Translations under genes and position numbers: made by a program
Assembly (NCBI GenBank): GCA_040954595.2
Contig: CM082579.2
Location: 12,215,834 to 12,279,833 of the forward strand
Direction: 5' to 3'
DNA: 64,000 bases
Source of the DNA: Balanoglossus misakiensis
Taxonomy: Eukaryota; Animalia; Hemichordata
Shown here: piece after piece, positions 56,542 through 64,000 of the stretch
Position numbering within the stretch: the stretch's first letter is position 1
Layout: every line of letters begins with the position of its first letter
The notes under the pieces: model-generated
What the model was told of the DNA's origin: nothing
Database searches by the model: none
What the model saw: only the letters and a program-made list of their open reading frames with translations

Positions 56542-57366
56542 GGGACCGTTCAGTTTTTACGGCAGGGGCGGGGATGGGTGGGTGGCAAGTTTGTGTCATC
56601 GGTTTTCGAAATCAGGCAGGCCCCCTTCACCCAGGACCAAAAAAATAATGACCCCCTTTGACAGGCAAAAAATATGATGACCCCCCAAAAAAACACATTA
56701 TACAACTACTTGTGGAGGAAAAAAGCTTTTTTTCAAGAGCCTGCTCGCCGTCCTGATCTTATGTACACTGTATGCAATAAAGGGAAAGAGGCTCTCCACA
56801 CCTCAATTACAAATTTCTTAAAGAAATTTATAATTGAGGTGTATAATAGTATAGTGTTGCAATAATGAAATCTATGAATAAATTAAAATGACAAGTCAAT
56901 ACAATAGTGGGCAGAATTGGTAAAACAAGAAGTGAAGGTGGTGGGTGTGGGAGGGGGTGTCCCCCTCCAACATAAGAACATTTTCTAAAATACGAAGCTC
57001 AAAGTTGCATTTTAATGAACTCAAAAGCAAATTAACTCAATGTTGGGGAGGACAAATTTTACTTTTGCCACCCAAAGTTAGCCTCGGTGGGGGGGGGGGG
57101 GAGTGGTACTCTGCCCTGGTACACTAAACCAACCAACCAACCAATAAATGAAATGTGGCGTAGAATGAAGGGGTGGGTGTGGGAGGGTATACATCCTTCA
57201 TTAGAAAACTTTGTAAAATAAAGGGCTCGAAACTGTGAACTCAAAAGCCGAAGATGGGGAGCGAAAGTATGTGACCCCCCTTAATGTTTCGAAATAAAAA
57301 AGATGACCCTCCCTCCTTTTGGATTTCAAAATGTAAGTGACCCCAGCCGTAAAAATTGAACTGTCC
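56542..57366. mobile_element. MITE related internally to 5994-6731 (Harbinger-like)
   Basis: TIRs GGGACCGTTCAGTTTTTACGGC / GCCGTAAAAATTGAACTGTCC, flanked by TATA. Internal gaagtgaagg..gtgggt.tgggagggggtgtccccctcc is shared with 6250-6295. Confidence 0.7.
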
Positions 57367-57527
57367 TATACGGAAAATATCCGGACAAGTTCAACAGGAA
57401 TTTAGCACTTCTGAACATGGCAGCGTCCAAAACTAGCATTTTTTGTCTGACAGCCCGGGTACTTGACAAGGTTGTTAGCTCGTTGACCTACCGTACCTAA
57501 TGGCTGCCTGACGGTTTACGCCTAACG

Positions 57528-57745
57528 ACACGATCGTCGTGTGGATAAGGGTAAAAAATGCTTTATCGACACGATGATCATGTTGTTATCTATCGACACG
57601 ATGGTCGTGTTGATAACGTGTATATTTTTACTTATCGACACGATGATCGTGTCGATAAGAAGCATTTTCAACTTATTTTTACGAGCGTTATCGTTTCGAT
57701 AAGCAAAAACAATCACGCTATATACACGATCTTCGTCGATGATCA
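57528..57745. repeat. Cluster of ATCGACACGATGATC-like short repeats
   Basis: About 5 copies at 57528, 57566, 57592, 57634 and 57724. Confidence 0.7.
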
Positions 57746-59718
57746 GTCAATAAGAAACATTTTCGGCTTGTTTGCACAATCACACTATCTTGCTGTGGGT
57801 CGGCGGTCATTATAAAAACTGACGGGTAGCTTCAATGAATGTAGCGGGGAAAGGGATAAGGGTTGGAAAGAGGGTGGCAGAAAAGAGAAAAAATTACTAA
57901 GTAGACAGACAGAAGGAAAAAAAAAGAAAATAAATCATTGTGACAAAACTCCCTTCGAACATAAACACATGTTATAAGCTACGCTTGCGATCGATTTATT
58001 TGTGGTTTTACAGTTTGAGTTGAACACGTAAATATTGGTAACACGCTTTCTTTGTTGTTTTTCATTATAAAAGGTGATTGGATTATTTGGCGTTTACACG
58101 TACCGTAATGGAACGAAACAATTTTTGTCATGCGATGAAAATTAATTTCAACACGAAAGTCGTACATTTTATAACATTTGCTTAAAGTATCTGGAGCTGC
58201 TCCTTTTTGCATTATTTTCATGAAATTGGTCCATCTAAAAAAGCTTACTGATAGGTAAAAGACGGTATCTGATACCACCACCAACAATTTGAACACGCTA
58301 TGTATGAAAACAGTGCGGCACTGATTTATTCAGCCTCCATACAAATAGTACGTAGCTATCGTGGTATGCGTCGCCAAGAGATGACAAACTGGTGCAAATG
58401 CAAGTAGTATGGCTTAATGGTGAGGATTTTAGAGGATAGGGAATACATTTGATGTATTTTACTGCGGCAGCTCTAGGGGCTTTAAGCAAACTGGTGACAT
58501 TAGAGTAAATTTTGCATTTAATCATATTTGATTGTTGTGTCGATGCTTTATAACTGATCCAATACTCCATTGTATAGAAAAAAAGACTAAAGCAACAGTA
58601 GTTGTATAGTTTTGATGATTATTCCCCTATTTTTGTCCAATGCAAAAAGATCTTGTTCTACTCAATGAAGCATGTCCAAAATCATATTGTTCTATCATAT
58701 ACATATACATGTATATGGGTTTTCATCTGGTGCAAAAACCTCTTAACTCTCTCAAATTTCAACCAACTTGGCCAATTATTAGTAAAAATTATGCAGTTAT
58801 TTAAGAGAATATAGATAAACATGCTTTTCTTATATTTATCGCATAACAAAACTCACATTTTCACAAAATGGCATAATTGATATTTGCCCCTTTAAAACTG
58901 TCTGTACCTGAACAGATTTATATCCCGTCGATGTGAGGGTATCTGACAGGTATATTGTGAGTTTAATTCTGAAATTTTGATAAAAATGGTGCAGATTTGT
59001 AGTATAGACATTTTAGACAATTTATGCTTACCTAAATGTGGCATCACTGGCATATTTTATTTGTGGTAAAACATCAAGAAAACATTTGACTGATATGTAT
59101 AGTTTTGTCTATGAGCCCCTCAGATAACGTTTTGTGTGGATTTATAAATAAAATTTACTTTTGCTAACACATACACAGGCTGACTAATTTATCAGAAAAT
59201 GATTTCGCAGTCTGTGAGTGTGCAACAAGGTATATGTTCCAGACTAAATTATAGTAACACATTATAGATTTCTAGTAAACAACTGTCATTGTTGATAGAT
59301 GTGAGTAAAGTTTGGACTACTTTGAACCCCTTGCTTGAAAAAGAACTTGCAGGGTCAGACCATGGGAATATCCAGGTCGTAGCTGGAGGCTGACAGACAA
59401 CCATTTATATAATCCTTTTCACTGTCAGTTTGTAGTACGTGTTTATTTTGTGAGTTCTGTGTGCTTTCTAGTAAGAAAACATCTTCGTTATAGAGTGTGA
59501 GTGAAGTGTGTGTGATTTTAAACCTGAATGAGGCCAATAACCATACGGACAGCAGGTATCTTCAATGACAGCTGACACTCAATTGTGCAAGTACTTGGTT
59601 ATTATGAAGTATTTATTGCACATTTTGGCAAACTTTTTAGTTTTTTTTTATGCAGAATTCATGTTATAAGAGGTATCTACGTAATAATTGGGTTGATTTG
59701 AACTCGCCTGCCCCCCCC

Positions 59719-59721
59719 AAA

Positions 59722-59780
<59 letters not shown>

Positions 59781-60365
59781 AAATGGAGAGGTGTAAATAG
59801 CCTCGGCCCCGCTGCCGAGTCTATTGACACCTGGGTGTCAATCTACAAAATAACATCGCCATATGGATAATCCCCAATGCATTTAACCCTCCCCCTTCTC
59901 TCTCTCTCTCCCTCTCCCTCTCTCTTTGTCTCCCTCCCTCCCTCAACCTTCCTCCATCCCCATATGAATAATCCCCAATGTCTTTGACCCTCCCTCTCTC
60001 TCCTTCCCTCCATCCCCAAGCTTCCTCTCTCCCTCTCTCCCTCCCACTCCCTCCCCAACCTTCCTCTCTCCCTCTCTCTTCCCCCTACTCCCTCCCTCCC
60101 CACCCCCTCTCTCTCTCTCCCTCCCTCCCTCCCCCTCCCCACTCTCTCTACGTGTCTCTCTCTGTGTCTCTGTCTCTCCCTCTCTCTCACTAGCTCTCCC
60201 TCCCTCCCTCCCTCCCTCCCCTCCCTTTCTCTCTCTCCATCCCCCTTTCTCTCTCTCCCTCTCCCTCGCTCTCTCTACTCTCTCCCCTCTCCCCCCTCTT
60301 TGTCTTCTCTCTCTCCCTCTCCCCCTCTCTCCCCTCCCCTTATCTCTCCCTTTCCCCCTCTCTCT
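59719..60365. repeat. (AAAT)n microsatellite followed by a CT-rich polypyrimidine low-complexity tract
   Basis: (AAAT)n at 59719-59781; C/T-rich run at about 59888-60365. Confidence 0.9.
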
Positions 60366-60400
60366 AAAAGTAAGTCAATAAATAAATTAATATCTTTCAG

Positions 60401-60619
60401 TGGTTTTTGGTCCGACTGGTGCGGGAAAGTCTTCCTTCGTTAGAATGGCTGAAGAAGTGATGGGGAACGAACCTACTGCAATAGCACAATCTTCGGGAGG
60501 AGAAGGCACTGTGGCATTGGAGTCATATCTTAACAATTTCAACTTTCGGCTTCTCGACTCAAGGGGTTTTTTTGATGCCGATGATAAATATTTTGTAGAG
60601 TTAAAACAAATAATTGAAG
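60401..60619 (+). CDS. IFI44-like P-loop GTPase domain exon
   Basis: tctttcAG|TG acceptor (phase 1; T+TG=Leu) gives VINILVFGPTGAGKSSF (G1), EGT (G2 Thr), LLDSRG (G3 DxxG), ending ELKQIIE. Donor G|GTGAGG. The YKP..hLhhGPxGAGKSSF layout is typical of the IFI44/IFI44L family. Confidence 0.8.
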
Positions 60620-60999
60620 GTGAGGTGTTTATCTTCCTTTTTTCTTCGTTTATTGTTGTGATAAAGTTTGCATGGGCAGCGAAAGAGTATTTACAAATGG
60701 CCACAGCGCAAAATATAGCATTGTATGCTCTTGTTTTTAAATGAGATATTTTGTAGAGAACCAGCAGCACCAATTGGCTTTTGTTTTCGAAACGCAAGGC
60801 GATTGGAATAAAAAAACTCAAGTTATTATTCAAACACTTCGAATATGGGTTGCTGAGAACCCTTGCTGCGAACCCTTACACAGCAGCTATGCATAGATTA
60901 AATCTACGTAGAGTAACTTGAACCCTGGCGATTTCAATGTTCGTTTCAATTTCCATCCGGCGGGTCGAAATAGGTCATGTCGAAGGCGAATAGTACACC

Positions 61000-61540
61000 A
61001 CAACTCACAGGCGGCCTGATTCAACATGTAAATAAGAAATAATTACATGTTGAATCAGGCAGTCAGTGGATTCCGCCGCTTGTGCCACAACCCTTTGTCG
61101 TTTTACAACTGATATCTGCTGATATGTCCCTGCTATAGATCGTGTAAAATCGATCGAATATTTCGGAATCAAAAATGTCACTCCGAAGTCACGAGTCTGT
61201 AAGTACAGCTTTGTCAAAGTCGCGTTCACTGAAATGGACAGATAATTCGTCGAGTTTTCGCACAACACTGCGACATTCTGGTACTAAGTTTATGTACTGG
61301 ACCAGGGTTTAGTTGAATGTCCCCACATAGTAGTAAGCGGAAACGTGCACGATGATTTGCATAATATGGCAGAGGCGCAATGTACTGCAATTCTTGTGAA
61401 TGTTCAAAATTGTTCACAAGTATCATCAGATGTTACACTATTAAACAGGTTTTTCGTACAGTTTGCAAACTGCGGGACGGTCAAAATCACGCTCAAAGCC
61501 AGAGCCGTTTGAGTGCGTGTCGACTGGTCGACGCCATTGT
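61000..61540 (-). mobile_element. Decayed 5' end of a CR1/L2-type LINE with a 2A-like motif
   Basis: RFRLLLCGDIQLNPGP at 61298-61345, followed by a frameshifted Cys-containing segment. Confidence 0.55.
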
Positions 61541-62406
61541 ACTATAACGCCGGTTCTGTATAACTACAACCACTAAATTTTAAGCACAAAATACCTAGCC
61601 TTCACTCGTGTGATTTAAAATGACAATGAACAACCCTAATGTCTGCTTGCACTAGATACCCATGAGAGAGTAGAAAAACGTACATCCGTATTAAAAACTG
61701 CAAATAATCAAATGAACTGCTCAGCTAACTCAAATGTCAACTGTTTGCAGGTTTCCCAAGTTTCCCAATGTTTCCCCGTCTCTCTTGCTGAATAAACTAC
61801 TGACGAGCAAGTTGCAATTTACCGTTGCTTAGTTTTTCTCTCGATATTTTCAAGTATACAAACCTCGTGTATAGCAGGTCAAAACTCACATATAGTGAGA
61901 TCATCATAAGCCATGAAACAACTATGCAAAAAGTCACGAGTCCATTCAATAATTTCACGACATGTGTATTTTCATGGCAACATTATGTATATGAGTAAAC
62001 AAAGAGGGACTACGTTTTGTTTGTAAACATTCAACGCAAAAAAAATCTACAGCTATGTTATGATCACCGAAAAATTGTGATTTTTCAACAATCTGGCATG
62101 TCATTCCCAAAAATCGTAAGAATAACAAAACATTAAGTTGTCAGTATATTTGGAAACCTAAACAATTACGAAACTCTCCCGCTTTCGCCAGTGTTCTCAC
62201 ATATTGCCGATGCGATCTCTCGACTCGAACTAAACCACTGATGAACTGCCCAAACATGACCCTTCTTTGCATAACACAATTGCATTTTTTTGTCCAATGA
62301 ACGACCGTCCCAGGGTTAATACATCATCTCTGCCTCATCAATGTACTGAAAATCTAAACGCCAAGATCGAAACTTTTCTGAAAATCTGAGGAAATATATG
62401 CACTGA

Positions 62407-62537
62407 GAACTCCATGACCTCTGCTCGCGACCTGTGTCGTATAGAGCTGAAGTTATTTTCACGGGTGATGCGGTTAAATCTGCGGTAGTACTTTCACGTG
62501 TGCAGCAAGCAGATCACGCGCAGAGGTCATGGAGTTC
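62407..62537. mobile_element. Small TIR element remnant
   Basis: GAACTCCATGACCTCTGC / GCAGAGGTCATGGAGTTC inverted ends; no TSD seen. Confidence 0.5.
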
Positions 62538-64000
62538 GTTATAATATTATGCTACATGTATACGTTATTTGGCGCGTGCAAAACCAGTGCGGCACCAGTG
62601 CTACACCATCATTCTTTTGAAATACGCGTGGTTTAGTGCATGTGTATAAGGTATACGTAATGTTGGATATGTTGTTTCAATTCATTTCATTCTATTGGAT
62701 GCATCATTGTCGAGTTGGCAGAGTATGCTTTCACATAATGAGGCTTTGTTGGGAGGGGGTGGAGACCAAACACAATTACATGTAGGTGGCTTACCTGAAA
62801 AGTGTTTGCAAGAAAAAAGTGACCCTCCCCTGCCTGTCACAGTCAACATACATGTGTCATAATTGTTATGGACGTTAAAAAATACTGTTAACCTTTACAA
62901 ATAATCATTTTCTCCAAGATTCCAAGTAAATCAATGAAAAGAGACCACAAAGCACATAAATTATTATCTCTATACTACCTAAAGAGCAATTTCCTATTCG
63001 GGCGGTAATGTTTACTATATGCTAGTTTGGTTGGTGTTGTGGATGTAGAAAACACTATAATTTCACATATGAACCAAGTTTGGAAAATATTGAACATTTA
63101 CCCCCCCACCCCGACTACATGAAATGGTAAGACCTTTCGAAAATGCTTGCGCGAAAATGGCGACCCAATCCAAAGTCACCGGCCCTTCCCATCTATAATT
63201 TGTGTCCAGTCCCCAGTTTCTTCATTCCACTATTTCGTCGAATATCATTGGCTATGACCTCGGCTAGCAACATAAGAATGTGTGCATTGAGGACGACCCT
63301 AGCTTATCTTCAGTGCATGTCCGCAGTAATTCAGTTCAAATGTTACAGAAATATGTGCGGCGATAACCACAAGTGTATCGAAAGAAAGACGACTAAAGAT
63401 GCACCATGTGGATGCTTCATATATTTGGGTATTTTGAGAAATTCGGGAATCACTAAAATTGAGTTATTAAATTACGCTCCTACATAATGCGAATCAGTAA
63501 ATTGTCGAATGCACAACTAGTTCCCAAGCTGTTATTCACGGTGCCGACCCAAGACTGCCGTGGGGACAGACATGCAGGTATCGCTACTATAACACAACCA
63601 TGTGTTAATGCATTCAGATTGTGAACACTTTAGTCATGAAATGGCACGTCATCAGTTCTTGCGCTGATACCCGGAACTATGTTTATGAAAATCGCGACCT
63701 TAAATGTAAACAAACATAACCCGATACAGGGCCCGGTTTCATGAGATTTGATATACCGGTAGTCAACATCGAAAGTCATGGGGTTCTGATGGCCTCGGAC
63801 ATTTGTTATAAATAAAAGATTTATCTTGTATGATTGATTTAGAAAAAAACACGATTGTCAGTTACACCTGTAAAAAATACCGCCTCGCTCAGACAGCAGG
63901 AAGAGATGTCAAACATCCTCGCCCAATCTTCATCCAAACACGTCGAAAATCGGGCAATTTCACATGTGAAATCTGGTTCGACCAGTTCAAGTACGTGTCA

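Noticed and set aside
59843-60193. RE/G-rich and LS/P-rich ORFs
   Set aside because: Translation of CT low-complexity intronic sequence.

Overview
Repeat-rich, intron-containing animal genomic DNA (a marine invertebrate is an inference from the TE families and gene types). No prokaryotic operon, CRISPR array, rRNA or convincing tRNA is visible. Two host genes sit head-to-head about 0.7 kb apart. (i) A + strand IFI44-like P-loop GTPase with an N-terminal coiled coil (exons 53201-53209, 53526-53910, 60401-60619; incomplete in this window). (ii) A - strand uncharacterised gene whose first two exons (52492-52195, 30469-30226) encode an alpha/beta, possibly TIR/flavodoxin-like domain. These are followed by three mutually homologous phase-2 exons (23091-22683, 18996-18594, 5410-5125), each ending in its own stop codon, which suggests one constant domain spliced to alternative variable C-termini. 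The 21.7-kb first intron of this gene holds a complete 7-kb Kolobok DNA transposon (31249-38262, TTAA TSD). Its THAP-DDE transposase is broken by a frameshift and a nested RTEX-like LINE, while the convergent KolX (P2X7 ballast-like) gene is intact. The rest is nested MITE/foldback elements, a MULE pseudogene, LINE/Penelope fragments and mini/microsatellites. All splice models and family assignments were made by eye and need RNA-seq or HMM confirmation.
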